Assembly (NCBI GenBank): GCA_024704765.1
Contig: JAKMXF010000111.1
Span: 1,132,619 to 1,196,618 of the forward strand
DNA: 64,000 nucleotides
DNA from: Oopsacas minuta
Taxonomy: Eukaryota > Animalia > Porifera
Reading direction: 5' to 3'
Shown one piece after another: positions 10,869 to 22,615 of this stretch. The notes beneath the pieces are model-generated. The model ran no database searches, was not told the DNA's origin, and was given only the letters and a program-made list of their open reading frames with translations. The position numbers were made by a program, and so were the translations under genes. Position 1 is the first letter of the stretch. Every line of letters starts with the position of its first letter.

Positions 10869-12356
10869 TCAGTTGTTGGTACGATCACGAGATTTGTTGG
10901 TAGTGGATCCAGCGATGCGAGAGTTCCGGAATGTTTTAGACTGTACGTAGTTGGTAGAGGGTTCTTCTTCCCTCCGGGGGTTGGGTGGGGGGCGATAGTA
11001 GTTGTGTTGGGGAGGCATGTCATAGTAGTCAGTTTCCGGCGGTGGATACCCATGGTAATAGCCCTGAGGGGGGCCAGCGGGTCTGCGATACCCTCGAGGA
11101 GCATATCCCCTGTTCCTCTGAGGCTGAGGGGAATAGTATTCGTAGTCATACTCGTAATTGTAGCGGGGTGTATTCCGATACTCACCCCCTGAGTAGCCAT
11201 TTGGTCCCCCAGGGTTCCTCCACTGACCGTAACCAGACCCCCGTCTCATACCGGTTCTAGGACCTCTGCGGTTATTGGTACCAGGGGGAGGGGAAGCCAC
11301 ACCGAATGTCTGAGAATTCAGGGTTCTCTCCTCGCGAAATTTCCCACGCTTGTTGATAGGATTATCAGTTGAAATCTGATCAAAAAAAGACTTAGTTTTG
11401 TCATAATATGCAATCTCCACCCCGCTATCCTCTGACTCATCCTCAGAACGTATCTCTCCTGGTTCTCTCTGTTTCCCTGACTCACCAGCTGTAGCAGTAG
11501 CGCTAGGCTTAGCAGGTGTAGGAGTAGTCTCAGTACTACTGAGTACTGTATCCCCTCCAGCTGGTTGAGTAGTAGTAGTAGTTGTTGTTACAGTAGGACT
11601 ACGCATGACGCCAGTTGTTGCTGTGATTTCAATTGAATCATCTTCTGCTTGAGATACAGTCACGGTGTTTCGGATCTTTAGTTTCTTCCTGAATTCCTCG
11701 GCTATTTCATCTTTCTTGAAACGACTGTTCGCCTCTTCGAAGTCAAAGTCCTGTGTGAACGAGACTGTCCCAGAGCCTCGTGCAGTAGGTGCAGGTTGCG
11801 GGGGAGGGAGAGAGTTCCTAGAGCGACTCCATTCCGATCCAGACCTATAGTTACTAACCTGTCCTCTTGGAATGTCGTATCCATGGTAACTACCATGCTT
11901 CGGATTATGACCCATATCAGATGTAGGATAGGGGAGTGAATTGCTGGAGGTACCTGAATCCTTGTGGTCGTTATTAGAATTCAAATGCTGATTCACAAAA
12001 GTAAGAGGTTCCTGCTTAGTCGATTCAGAACCAGTGGGCGTGGTAGCAGGTTTGGAGCTGATTATGGCTGGGTCGTTCAGATAATCCTCTGTAGGCGTGT
12101 CCGGGTCCTCAGGCACAAGAGTAAGGTCTTGTAAATCAGATGCTTTGAAGACAATACACTCAAATATTTGAGGTTTTGGTGGATGGAATTTTGGTACACT
12201 CCGTTTTTCTGTCCCAAATGAGCGTACGTTTTGCAGGGCTATGGACTCTTTGATTGTGTCAATTAGATAGAGAATACCTTCGTATCGGATTCCTGCTTTG
12301 GAGATGATGGTAAGTTTGCTGCCCAGCGAGAGCTGGGGTTCCATATGATCGGACAT
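10869..12356 (-). CDS. LSM14: LSM14 family P-body protein
   Basis: N-terminal Lsm domain (LGSKLTIISKAGIRYEGILY...VRSFGTE), FDF (QDFDFEEANSRFKK), FFD (YYDKTKSFFDQIS) and TFG (EERTLNSQTFG) boxes, RG-rich tail. Confidence 0.95.
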   Translation of the reverse strand: MSDHMEPQLSLGSKLTIISKAGIRYEGILYLIDTIKESIALQNVRSFGTEKRSVPKFHPPKPQIFECIVFKASDLQDLTLVPEDPDTPTEDYLNDPAIISSKPATTPTGSESTKQEPLTFVNQHLNSNNDHKDSGTSSNSLPYPTSDMGHNPKHGSYHGYDIPRGQVSNYRSGSEWSRSRNSLPPPQPAPTARGSGTVSFTQDFDFEEANSRFKKDEIAEEFRKKLKIRNTVTVSQAEDDSIEITATTGVMRSPTVTTTTTTTQPAGGDTVLSSTETTPTPAKPSATATAGESGKQREPGEIRSEDESEDSGVEIAYYDKTKSFFDQISTDNPINKRGKFREERTLNSQTFGVASPPPGTNNRRGPRTGMRRGSGYGQWRNPGGPNGYSGGEYRNTPRYNYEYDYEYYSPQPQRNRGYAPRGYRRPAGPPQGYYHGYPPPETDYYDMPPQHNYYRPPPNPRREEEPSTNYVQSKTFRNSRIAGSTTNKSRDRTNN

Positions 12357-12876
12357 AAAGCTCTGAGTTATTTGATGAAAACTGTTTGATTTCTAAAATA
12401 ATAATTATAAATCTTTAGGCATACAAACGAGATATTTATTCTACTTCTTATACAAGTTACGCGCACAAAAATTAAATTTGAATATACTAATAGCTGCTCT
12501 AAGAGAATGGTATGTCTAGCACAATTGAATCTGCTATTCAATAGATTAGCAAAAAGATAAGTTCATGTATACTTTGTTCCAAAGGTACAACAAAGGAATC
12601 TTGTTAGGCCCAAATTGCAGCTGGGGAGTCTTAGGGTCTGGGTTGAAATTCCCTTATTGGTTCCAAAAACCCCAAGTGAGCAGCCAAATGCTGATCCGAC
12701 CAGCATTTGCAGTAAAAATTGTATTACATGTTACATATTTAAAGATAGTGTGTAAATATTGTTCCGAAGCAGAAATCTTATTTTTCTAGCAAGTAGATTC
12801 TGTTTCTATTTGTTTCTAAATGTTTGTAATCATACGTTTGTTAACGTTCATAATTTAGTACAAATATTAGTAAGGA
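12357..12876. promoter_or_regulatory. Probable bidirectional promoter between LSM14 and RNF113A
   Basis: Head-to-head start codons 520 bp apart. No specific motif identified; inferred from geometry only. Confidence 0.45.
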
Positions 12877-13899
12877 ATGTCTGAAGAGGACAGGAACAAA
12901 AGTGGCAATAAAGTAATATTCATAAAACGAGCATCAATTCGTGGTAACCTTCGCAGTAGTGAGTCTAACAAACGAGTACGTATAGCATCAGAATCAGAGA
13001 GTATCAGTGAAGAGAGTGATAACCCCGCTGACCTCCGTCTGAACTACAACACACGTAAACCAATAGGCATCACTGCTACTAGCCGGACTATACCGAAAAT
13101 TCACACTACAAACATGTCAAGTAGTGATTCAGAAGAAGCTGAACAAGCTGTCACAAGCTACAGATCTCGGAGGGTAGCAGAAAGTGCAGCACCCCGGGAT
13201 ATGGGTGCTACCAGTGAGTTGAAAATAGAAACAGAACAAAGTATTGATCACCAAGCTCTCCATCAGAAAAGTATAGACATAAACAAAGAAGTAGATAATA
13301 CAGAAGGAACCAATAAACAGGAAATATATAGAGGTATTAATAACTATAAGAAATTGATTGAGCCGAGAGACACAGCACATGGTAACGCTAGTAGTGGAAT
13401 GGTACGCAAGGGTCCCATACGAGCTCCTCTCTACCTCAGGAGTACAGTGCGGTGGGACTATCAGCCTGATATTTGTAAGGATTATAAAGAGACAGGGGTG
13501 TGTGGGTTCGGAGACAGCTGTAAGTTCCTGCATGACCGTAGCGATTACAAGTTAGGCTGGCAACTAGAGCGAGAAGAGGAACAGAAGATAAGAGACTCAC
13601 AGGAGGGGAGGAGAGGGGGTGGAGATAACTTTGAAGTGAGCAGTGATGATGACGGAGATGATCTACCATTTGCATGTCTAATCTGTAGAGAAAAATTCAC
13701 CAATCCTATCATGACGAAATGTAAGCACTATTTCTGTCAAGCATGTGCTGTGAAGAGATATAAGAAGAACAAAAGATGTTATATGTGTGGACAACAGACC
13801 AATGGAATGTTTACTCCAGCTAAACAGCTGATGGAGAAGATTGAGAAGAAGACTAAGACTGCTAGACGGAAACTAGGTTTAGTTTCTGATTCTGATTAA
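12877..13899 (+). CDS. RNF113A: RNF113A/Cwc24 spliceosomal CCCH plus RING protein
   Basis: [47 protein letters not shown] and [33 protein letters not shown]. Confidence 0.96.
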   Translation: MSEEDRNKSGNKVIFIKRASIRGNLRSSESNKRVRIASESESISEESDNPADLRLNYNTRKPIGITATSRTIPKIHTTNMSSSDSEEAEQAVTSYRSRRVAESAAPRDMGATSELKIETEQSIDHQALHQKSIDINKEVDNTEGTNKQEIYRGINNYKKLIEPRDTAHGNASSGMVRKGPIRAPLYLRSTVRWDYQPDICKDYKETGVCGFGDSCKFLHDRSDYKLGWQLEREEEQKIRDSQEGRRGGGDNFEVSSDDDGDDLPFACLICREKFTNPIMTKCKHYFCQACAVKRYKKNKRCYMCGQQTNGMFTPAKQLMEKIEKKTKTARRKLGLVSDSD

Positions 13900-14605
13900 T
13901 ATTTAATACAATCATATAATCACCAGGTGATAATTATCGTCCATGGTCAGAAAAGTGTTTATAAAGTTAGCATAAGTAGTTAAAATCCGATAAATCAGTG
14001 ATTCTCAACTTTTATAACCCGTGACCCGTCTGTTGTCAGTGACCACCAAGGACTCCATGCAACTCAAGTTGGGAACCGCTGCTATACAGGGTGGGCCACG
14101 GGAAGCATGCTGAGTTATAACTTATCTCACTTAGAAACGATCACAGGTAACACAATTCGTTAAAAGCATAATACATGTATGGCTTAATTTATATCATGCT
14201 ATATAATATTCATTGTTAAACTGTTGATAATATGTTCCATCCAGCCACGTATAGACTAAGAAGATTACAGGGGCGGATCTAGAAAAATCTGGTGGGGGGG
14301 TATGCCGCCTACCCAAACGTCATAATATTCAATTATTGGATTTTGCTCTTTTACTTTATCATTATTTGTTTTTTCCCTTATTTTAACAAATTGTAATTAT
14401 ACTATAACAGCCAGTATTTCTCAATATGTAGTGTTTTAACCCAGCATCAACAAATATTTCATAGTGATGTATGGATTTTATGCGATTTTTATGTTAGGCT
14501 TAATCTCCATGACCAATTTAACCATTTTGACAAGTATTCTAAGGTACTCCAAAATAATTGTGTTCTTAATACAAACATTATGTATGTGTGTTCATAGTTT
14601 AATAT

Positions 14606-15548
14606 NNNNNNNNNNNNNNNNNNNNNNNNNNNNNNNNNNNNNNNNNNNNNNNNNNNNNNNNNNNNNNNNNNNNNNNNNNNNNNNNNNNNNNNNNNNNNNN
14701 NNNNNNNNNNNNNNNNNNNNNNNNNNNNNNNNNNNNNNNNNNNNNNNNNNNNNNNNNNNNNNNNNNNNNNNNNNNNNNNNNNNNNNNNNNNNNNNNNNNN
14801 NNNNNNNNNNNNNNNNNNNNNNNNNNNNNNNNNNNNNNNNNNNNNNNNNNNNNNNNNNNNNNNNNNNNNNNNNNNNNNNNNNNNNNNNNNNNNNNNNNNN
14901 NNNNNNNNNNNNNNNNNNNNNNNNNNNNNNNNNNNNNNNNNNNNNNNNNNNNNNNNNNNNNNNNNNNNNNNNNNNNNNNNNNNNNNNNNNNNNNNNNNNN
15001 NNNNNNNNNNNNNNNNNNNNNNNNNNNNNNNNNNNNNNNNNNNNNNNNNNNNNNNNNNNNNNNNNNNNNNNNNNNNNNNNNNNNNNNNNNNNNNNNNNNN
15101 NNNNNNNNNNNNNNNNNNNNNNNNNNNNNNNNNNNNNNNNNNNNNNNNNNNNNNNNNNNNNNNNNNNNNNNNNNNNNNNNNNNNNNNNNNNNNNNNNNNN
15201 NNNNNNNNNNNNNNNNNNNNNNNNNNNNNNNNNNNNNNNNNNNNNNNNNNNNNNNNNNNNNNNNNNNNNNNNNNNNNNNNNNNNNNNNNNNNNNNNNNNN
15301 NNNNNNNNNNNNNNNNNNNNNNNNNNNNNNNNNNNNNNNNNNNNNNNNNNNNNNNNNNNNNNNNNNNNNNNNNNNNNNNNNNNNNNNNNNNNNNNNNNNN
15401 NNNNNNNNNNNNNNNNNNNNNNNNNNNNNNNNNNNNNNNNNNNNNNNNNNNNNNNNNNNNNNNNNNNNNNNNNNNNNNNNNNNNNNNNNNNNNNNNNNNN
15501 NNNNNNNNNNNNNNNNNNNNNNNNNNNNNNNNNNNNNNNNNNNNNNNN
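14606..15548. other. Assembly gap (943 N)
   Basis: Run of n characters. Confidence 1.
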
Positions 15549-15573
15549 GTATATTGAGCATGTACTGAATATA

Positions 15574-16921
15574 CAGGGTGTTAAGAAATTGATGCCCTCC
15601 CTATCTCTCGAGATCTAATGCTACCATAGTATTTTTACATTGTTAAATATCTAGCTTTTCACTTGATTTGTACTTTAATATACCAGGAGTTATATTTAGT
15701 AGGTAGCTTTTCCTAGTTCATTAACTTTTTGTGCATATTTTGACCCAATCTTCTATTGTCTTCACAATTAGTTAATACCATGGTCAAAGAAGCTAGTCTA
15801 GCAGTGCGTAATCAAGCAATAGGCATGTTAAAAGCCGGGCAGACGCAGAAAAGTGTCGCAATACATTTTGGCACAAATGTACGTACCGTTCGTCGGTGGT
15901 GGTTGAGGGCATATTGTGGAAACAGCCTCGAGAATAGGCAAGGCCGAGGAAGAAAACCGGCGATAGGAAAAGTACCGAAAATAGTTATTGCTAAAACATT
16001 AGGAAAAAGATGAAATCAACTCGCAAAATATCCCAGCTCTTAAAGTCTAAGGGTTTTCAACTTTCCCATGTAACTGTGCATACATATTTGCGGAAAAATC
16101 TAGGTGTAAAGCCGTATAAGCCACAGTTACAGCCCAAATTGACCGAAAAACAGAAATTCGCTCGATTAACCTTCTGTTTAGCACGAAAAAATTGGTCAAT
16201 TAATGATTGGCGCAATGTACTTTTCTCTGATGAATCTCCATTTGAGTTGTACCATTCACCGAATCGGCAGAACGATAGAGTTTGGTTAGCAGACAGAGAA
16301 AAAGTTGTACCTACGGAAAAAGTGAAGTTTCCTGGAAAATTGCAGGTTTGGGGCATGATGTCCTATAATGGCCTATCAAACCTTCACATAATCCCTAGTG
16401 GGCAGACAGTAACAACAATATACTATCTAGAAGAGGTTCTGAAGAAGACGATGATGTCTGCAATGCATCGAGATAGAGATACAGGTGCAGTAACTGAGAG
16501 GAAATTATTGTCGGACATGTCGGCTGCCATTTTTCAACAGGATGGTGCCCCGGCACACACGTCCAAAAAAACACAGGAATGGCTAGGAGAGAACTTTCAA
16601 AACTTCTGGCCCAAAGGTATTTGGCCTGCCAACTCCCCTGACCTGAGTCCTATAGAGAATCTATGGTCAATAATCCAAACCGCCATCAATTCTTTTCAGC
16701 CGGCAACAAATCTAAAAACGCTCGAAAAACAACTAATTTCAGCTTGGAGACATATTTCACCTGAAGTTTTGGACAAATTGATAGCCAGTATGCCAGATCG
16801 GATAAGTAAATGTATACAACTAAAGGGTGGATATATTGGGAAATAAATGTATGTGTTTAGAGATTATTTATAGACTAATCATTGAGTTAGTATTAGAGGG
16901 CATCAATTTCTTAACACCCTG
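15574..16921 (+). mobile_element. Tc1-like DNA transposon, DD37E, 1348 bp
   Basis: Perfect 26-bp TIRs CAGGGTGTTAAGAAATTGATGCCCTC (15574-15599 and 16896-16921), TA at both flanks, internal transposase. Confidence 0.95.
15756..16846 (+). pseudogene. Tc1-family transposase split by a 1-nt frameshift at about 16004-16010
   Basis: HTH ORF 15756-16013 (RGRK motif) overlaps catalytic ORF 16010-16846 (FSDES, FQQDGAPAH, WPANSPDLSPIENLW). D at 16541 and E at 16655 are separated by 37 residues. Confidence 0.88.
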
Positions 16922-17028
16922 TATGTGAATAACAAATAATAACAAGGAAACAGAAAGAATGACTACATTACTGAGATTACAACATTGTATGCTTAATAGC
17001 TTCAGATCGGTCTAAATAGGTCGATGAA

Positions 17029-18117
17029 TCATGAGAGAGATTTCCTCTTTATAAGAGACTCCACTATAACGCAAGATATTTCGAATAATAATTGTGCTCC
17101 AAGTAGAGCAGTATTACCAGAAGGATCATAAGGAGGAGATACCTCAACCAGATCTCCTCCAATCAAGTTCAAGTCAGTCAACTCTCTAACTAACATCTGA
17201 GCCTCAATCGGTAGTATACCTCCAATCTCAGGGGTACCAGTCCCTGGTGCGAATGTAGAATCAATAGCATCGATATCGAATGAGAGATAAGTGGGCTGAT
17301 CCTTACCACATACTCTAAATATTTCATCAACTACTGACTGTATTCCTGCACTACTATGTACCATCTTATAGAACTCTTCCATCATCATAACTCTCATACC
17401 ACTATCATAGCTAAACTGCCAATAATCAGTCCTAGACACAGTACCTCTTATTCCTATCTGGATTGTCCTCTTGGGATCAAGCACTCCATCCTCTACCGCT
17501 ATCTTGAAAGGGGACCCATGTGAGAATTTGAACCCCTGGTAAGCCTCACCTGTGTCAGCATGTGCATCTATATGCACCATCCCAACAGGGCCGTTCTTCC
17601 CCAGAGCACGAAGGATGGGTAGAGATACGGAATGATCACCTCCAGCACTTATCGGTATGATACCCAGTAAGTTTAATTTTGTATAGAACTCTTCAATGCA
17701 TTTGTGTGCTCCAATAATGTCAAAAGGTGTGTCTATTGGAACATCTCCTACGTCACGCACCCTCAGTGCTGTGGAGTGAGGACACACGTTAGTGAACTGA
17801 TTGATAGCTCTCAGTTGATTACCAGACTGAACTCGTAACTCTTTGGGGCCGAATCGTGTCCCTGGACGGTGGGTAAGAGCAAGGTCGAATGGTACTCCTA
17901 CCATTGCTACATCAACCTTTGATAGGTCTGTTTCATATGGAGCTCTTATAAGAGAAGATTCACTGAGGTAACGAGGTTTGAGTACAGAGTCTGGTGGGGG
18001 TCCTTCACTGTATTTAGGTGGTTTAGTAGAAAAGTTTCTTATTCTGTATTGAGATAAGACCGGACTTATGAAGAGATAGCGAGTTAGTCTGTAGCTAGAT
18101 AGGGCCATTTTAGACAA
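17029..18117 (-). CDS. Agmatinase/guanidino-acid hydrolase (ureohydrolase family) with a probable mitochondrial presequence
   Basis: GVPFD...RPGTRFGP, GGDHS, HIDAHADT, SFDIDAID, PGTGTPEIGG metal-binding motifs. N-terminal ~30 aa rich in R/S/L and lacking acidic residues. Single exon. Confidence 0.92.
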   Translation of the reverse strand: MSKMALSSYRLTRYLFISPVLSQYRIRNFSTKPPKYSEGPPPDSVLKPRYLSESSLIRAPYETDLSKVDVAMVGVPFDLALTHRPGTRFGPKELRVQSGNQLRAINQFTNVCPHSTALRVRDVGDVPIDTPFDIIGAHKCIEEFYTKLNLLGIIPISAGGDHSVSLPILRALGKNGPVGMVHIDAHADTGEAYQGFKFSHGSPFKIAVEDGVLDPKRTIQIGIRGTVSRTDYWQFSYDSGMRVMMMEEFYKMVHSSAGIQSVVDEIFRVCGKDQPTYLSFDIDAIDSTFAPGTGTPEIGGILPIEAQMLVRELTDLNLIGGDLVEVSPPYDPSGNTALLGAQLLFEISCVIVESLIKRKSLS

Positions 18118-18538
18118 GGTATCTAAGTTGATAACAATATTTATAAGTTAGACACAGTCAACTCTTGTAATATAAGTAATATTGAACACGAATATGTATA
18201 TCGTAATAACCACTCATATCGAATTTGTATAAATATGGTCCTAAAACGTTAAAGTAACAAAATTAGTCAGTCATATCGAACTCCGCTGATGCGAAAGAAA
18301 TTATCGCAGTTCATTGAGCTTCTATATAATGGGAGTTTACTGGACATATTGTTTTATAGATATACATGCGAATCAATTGATACCACAAAGAAATGGGTTT
18401 GTGAATTCGTTAATGAATAGTCATACCATCCTATAGAATTCGCTAAAACAACATATACTAGAACATGTTTGATATGTTCACTAGATAACAATATAAAATA
18501 TGATAAAGTGATAGTAATGGTTAGTTTAAGAACTATAG

Positions 18539-21500
18539 CTATATCTGACTAACTTTCTTAGCAGGAAGAATAGACTTAGGAGCTGTGGGAGTAGTCTTAA
18601 GATCTGGAGTAGTAGAATCTGAAGTAAACTTTACTTTAGAAGGAGTTGGGATTACTGGAGTTGATTTAACTGGAGAAGTTAATATGTTCTGAGGAGCTCT
18701 AACTTCTGATGATGATGACGTAATGTTTGATATATCCGGTTTAGATTTGAGAATAGAAGGTAAGGGCTGTGAAGACTTATTATAATGAGATTGTAGTGAA
18801 TTAGCTATCCTGTCTATTAGGTCGAACTGATGCTCCCAGTCTGTATTGTATAGAAACGGTCTCAGGTCAAATCGGTTATCTTCTGGAGAATAATTCTCTG
18901 CATGATATGATGGAGTAAGTACTGTAGCTTTATGTCTGTTAATACTATAAGCTCTGAAGAAATGTTTAACCTTATCAGCTGTCTCTTTGGGTGTGTACTT
19001 GTGCTGCCATCTAGGTACTAGATTAGTAAACACTCCTACAGGACCACAATTCTTGATCTTCCTCTCGCGACCAATATCACCCAGTTCTTCATAGGTAAGT
19101 CCCATATCAGCTTCATCAGTTTGTGTGTATTCCTTTGTAATAGGTTCTAGCTCTGCTGTAGGATCAGCATTATACACACTCTTGAGAGAGGGATATTTGT
19201 CCTGTTTGGTGAGAATAAACCCCCTAAGGTCTATTTTGTTTATTCCCCCTATAGGATTAATATCTGCACTAGAACAATCGTATTTAGTGAGATATCCGAA
19301 CAGACACTCATCTACATTAGCAGATCCTAGTACCAGATAGGAGCCTCCCTTCCCAGCTGCCCAGGGACTCAGCTGAGCGAACATATATGCATACACCATT
19401 CTGGAGCGGGCCTGTATATTCTGCAGAGCTAGATTCTCAGATTTACTTCCCCCATGTGCTGAGAACTTAGGTTCTTTCTGAGTGACCTGTGAGAATCCTT
19501 CAACCAATGAATCTACAGTTTTATCTATATTAACTACTATGAATGTACTGCCGATATCACTAGACAAGTTCTTAGCTCTATCCTGTGTCTCTTGGGAAGA
19601 ATTCTTAGTAGCCATGTATAGTGTAGTCAGTAATTTACCACAAATATCCTTGGCATCAAGAGGGATATATTCTGAAGCAGGATCTCCAGTTATTATACGT
19701 TTCAGATCTCGTTGTACCCGTGTGTCTCCAGCCTGAAATGACTCGAATACTAATTCACACATATTAGCGATAATAACCGCAGTAGAAGAACTGTCGATAC
19801 CTCCACTTAGAGGCAGTAAGAACCCCCTCTGTCTGCTCCTACGTAAATAGTCCCAGCACCAACAAGCTGGTCCCATACCTATCTCCTCAGCAGGGGTGTG
19901 GTATTGTATTTGTATGGGAAGAGAGGGAGACAAGCTACATGAGGTTGATACAGAGAATGGTACATATATCTTGCTGTATAAATCAGAGGACAACGGTAGA
20001 CCTGTTGACTTGAGGTTACTACGAAATGACCTTATCTCATCTAAATTTATAGTGGAGGTTACAACTTCTATTTCTTCGAGAGAAAACTGAGAACCAATAG
20101 CAAGCAGTTCCCCATTGAGAAAAATCATAGAAGCTCCATCAAAGTACACTCTCTCTCCGTCACATCCTCTCGTGTTAGCGTACATATACACACACCCTGT
20201 CTTTAATGTAGCAGCCTGCATCAGACTATACCTGGTATTCAGTTTCCTCAACTGGTGATGACTAGAGCTACCATTTGTTATTATCTCAACACCTTGTGAA
20301 GTCATTGCTATATGTGGACTGTTAGAGTTGAATAGTTCTTGACATATCTCAGATCCTATACTGGTATCCTCGGTTATGAGGATTGCTGTGCCGAATGGAA
20401 CTCTGTGTTGTCCTGTTGCCTCTACCAGACTACCTAAAATTACAATTATATATACAAAATCTGTTACAGCAGAACTTGAAATTTAAAAAAGCCAATTCTA
20501 ATTCGGATGTTTTGAGAAACAAATAATATGGGAAAACATCGTGATGCAAGATTGCACTGAATGCACTCTCTCAAAGTATTGAAATAATTTATAGATATAA
20601 CACAGCTCTGTAAAAGACTTTAACCTCACGTCATCTCGCTAGAAATACTTAAATTAGCACATACGTCAAAGTATATTACCAAACAATACTATAAATGTTA
20701 AAGTTTTAAAGTCGGTGGTCTATTATAATTAGAAAGAATCTTAAAAATAGCTTAGGAATCCAATAAGATATCGAGGTTACTCTAAACTGCATATATAAGT
20801 GTTCACCAATAACTTAGAATATAACTGAATGTAAAACAGGCTTCAGTATAAATGAACAAACCATGCCTCAACTATGTTCGGAATTATTTCATAATGTCTG
20901 TAATCATAATCTTAACGAAAAGGCTGTCAAACATAATTCCGAATCTGTACAATACAAATTATACAATTGTTTATAGAATCTAATATTAAATCTTGCTTTT
21001 GTATTGTATTTTGTATTAGCTTAATACAATACAAAACAAAGAAATTTTTTGCATTACATATCTATTCAATACCTAGAATTTGCATAATTATTCGTATACT
21101 ACTGTACAGCATTGTTGTACTTTGCCCATAAGCGCAACTAGGCTCATGAGTCTAGGTTGGCAAAGATTACGTCACGCCAACCCGTCCCATACTTTGTAAC
21201 AGTTTTTGTATTATGGTGGGGTCAAAACTGGTTTATTACTCGAGATCCAGGGTGGACACGTGTCTACAAAAAATGGCCTTGTTGCATGCAAAAGTTGCAT
21301 CATGTATGCTAGATGTTTGTTAACTTACTTGGTAGAATGAACTCATCCATATGAGGGTGTTGTGCCCAAGAAGAGAACCACCTGCCCTCCCTGTAGTTCC
21401 CAGCAATAGCTAGGCTAGTCTTAGGACGGATGAGTAGGATCTTTCCGTTAAGAAATATAACTCTACAGTTGTAGTTAGTACCTGCATGCATCACGGGCAT

Positions 21501-21761
21501 ACCTACGTCACAAATGACATCATAACACACCTTACTCTTGAGTAGACGCGCTAACACATCATACGAATGGTTATAAGTGTCAGCTTCTAAAAAGTGGTCA
21601 TCACAGCTATACCCAGTGACTTCTAACTCAGGACCTAGTCGATATCTAGCTCCCCTCTCCTTAGCTATCCTGATACTCTCATGAATACGCTGGAAGTTCC
21701 CCTCGAAGTCTAGTACCCATTGATTTAGAGTACAGGTTGCTAGCACAGTTCGCTTCAGCAT
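18539..21761 (-). CDS. NADSYN1: Glutamine-dependent NAD+ synthetase, 2 exons
   Basis: Exons complement(21329-21761, 18539-20433), GTAAGT...TTTTAG intron, 2328 nt in frame. Nitrilase domain (LGPELE, IRPK, EICQE) and synthetase domain ([57 protein letters not shown]). Confidence 0.96.
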
Positions 21762-22240
21762 AATACTGTATCTGAATTAGCTAGTATCTACCAAATGGAA
21801 TATTGCATTTAGCATCTGAAATATGTGTGTGTGTATGTGTGTATACAGACATATAGGTACCATACCTCCATGTACCCAGGTTCAGTTATGACAGTAAATT
21901 AAGCCTATCAACAAATTTTAGTAAAGCCTATATAACCACAAGCTAGCACAAGAGACCGCGGTAATAATTCGATAAAACCGATGAAATAATGTTACTTTGA
22001 CCGGTTGGGACCATATTTGCACTATTTCAGACTTGTAGGTTCGTATGTATTTCGATGTCCTGTGTTCAATGTAACAGAGTTGACATTAGTTGTACCCATT
22101 GCTACTGCTGATAGCGTATATTTAGCAGAAAAATAATCTAGTATTGCGTTATCAGGTGGATTAATAATTCCCACAATTGTATGTATTGTTAAGAGATAAT
22201 TAAGATATTATTAATATCGTATTGTGAGTGTGATACTACA

Positions 22241-22615
22241 TCACAGGTTCTTCATTCCCTGATTGAATCTATCCATAAACTTCGTAAGTGGTTTCCTCTT
22301 AGTATCCTGGAAATATCTCAGTATGTGTGTCCTCTGCTTCCAAACTAAAACACACTCGTCTAACTCTTGACGTCCTTTGAACACCAACAGATCGATAGCT
22401 CGCGGATCTCGAACATGAGCATTCTCAAGAAATTTCTCTCTCAGCTTAGCTACACACTGAGCTCTATTGTACTCAAGTGTGAAGTTCTCCTGGATTCGTG
22501 GAATTTCACGAATCCACATTCGATACAATCTTATTACCAGTTTTCTAGCACTAGGCAGATCCACTGAGGCAATAGGCTTTGCGACCTTCGTGAAATGAGT
22601 CAGACCAGAACTCAT
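22241..22615 (-). CDS. NDUFA6: NADH dehydrogenase 1 alpha subcomplex subunit 6 (LYR family)
   Basis: ARKLVIRLYRMWIREIP...KLREKFLENAHVRDPRAIDLLVFKG...WKQRTHILRYF. Confidence 0.93.
   Translation of the reverse strand: MSSGLTHFTKVAKPIASVDLPSARKLVIRLYRMWIREIPRIQENFTLEYNRAQCVAKLREKFLENAHVRDPRAIDLLVFKGRQELDECVLVWKQRTHILRYFQDTKRKPLTKFMDRFNQGMKNL

Noticed and set aside
10784-13675. Overlapping or antisense ORFs within LSM14 and RNF113A, and similar shadow ORFs in other genes
   Set aside because: Alternative-frame shadows of real coding sequence with no recognisable domains.
14464-15618. Long ORFs 14464-15618 (+) and 14599-15561 (-)
   Set aside because: Artefacts of translating through the N gap.
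16001-16013. Bacterial-style translational coupling at the ATGA overlap in the transposase
   Set aside because: A 1-nt indel in the adjacent A-run explains it more simply. Kept only as a minor alternative in the Tc1 finding.
20877-21040. Short inverted repeats in the NADSYN1 intron (TTCGGAATTAT/ATAATTCCGAA)
   Set aside because: Short and AT-rich; most simply MITE debris, with no support for a structured RNA.
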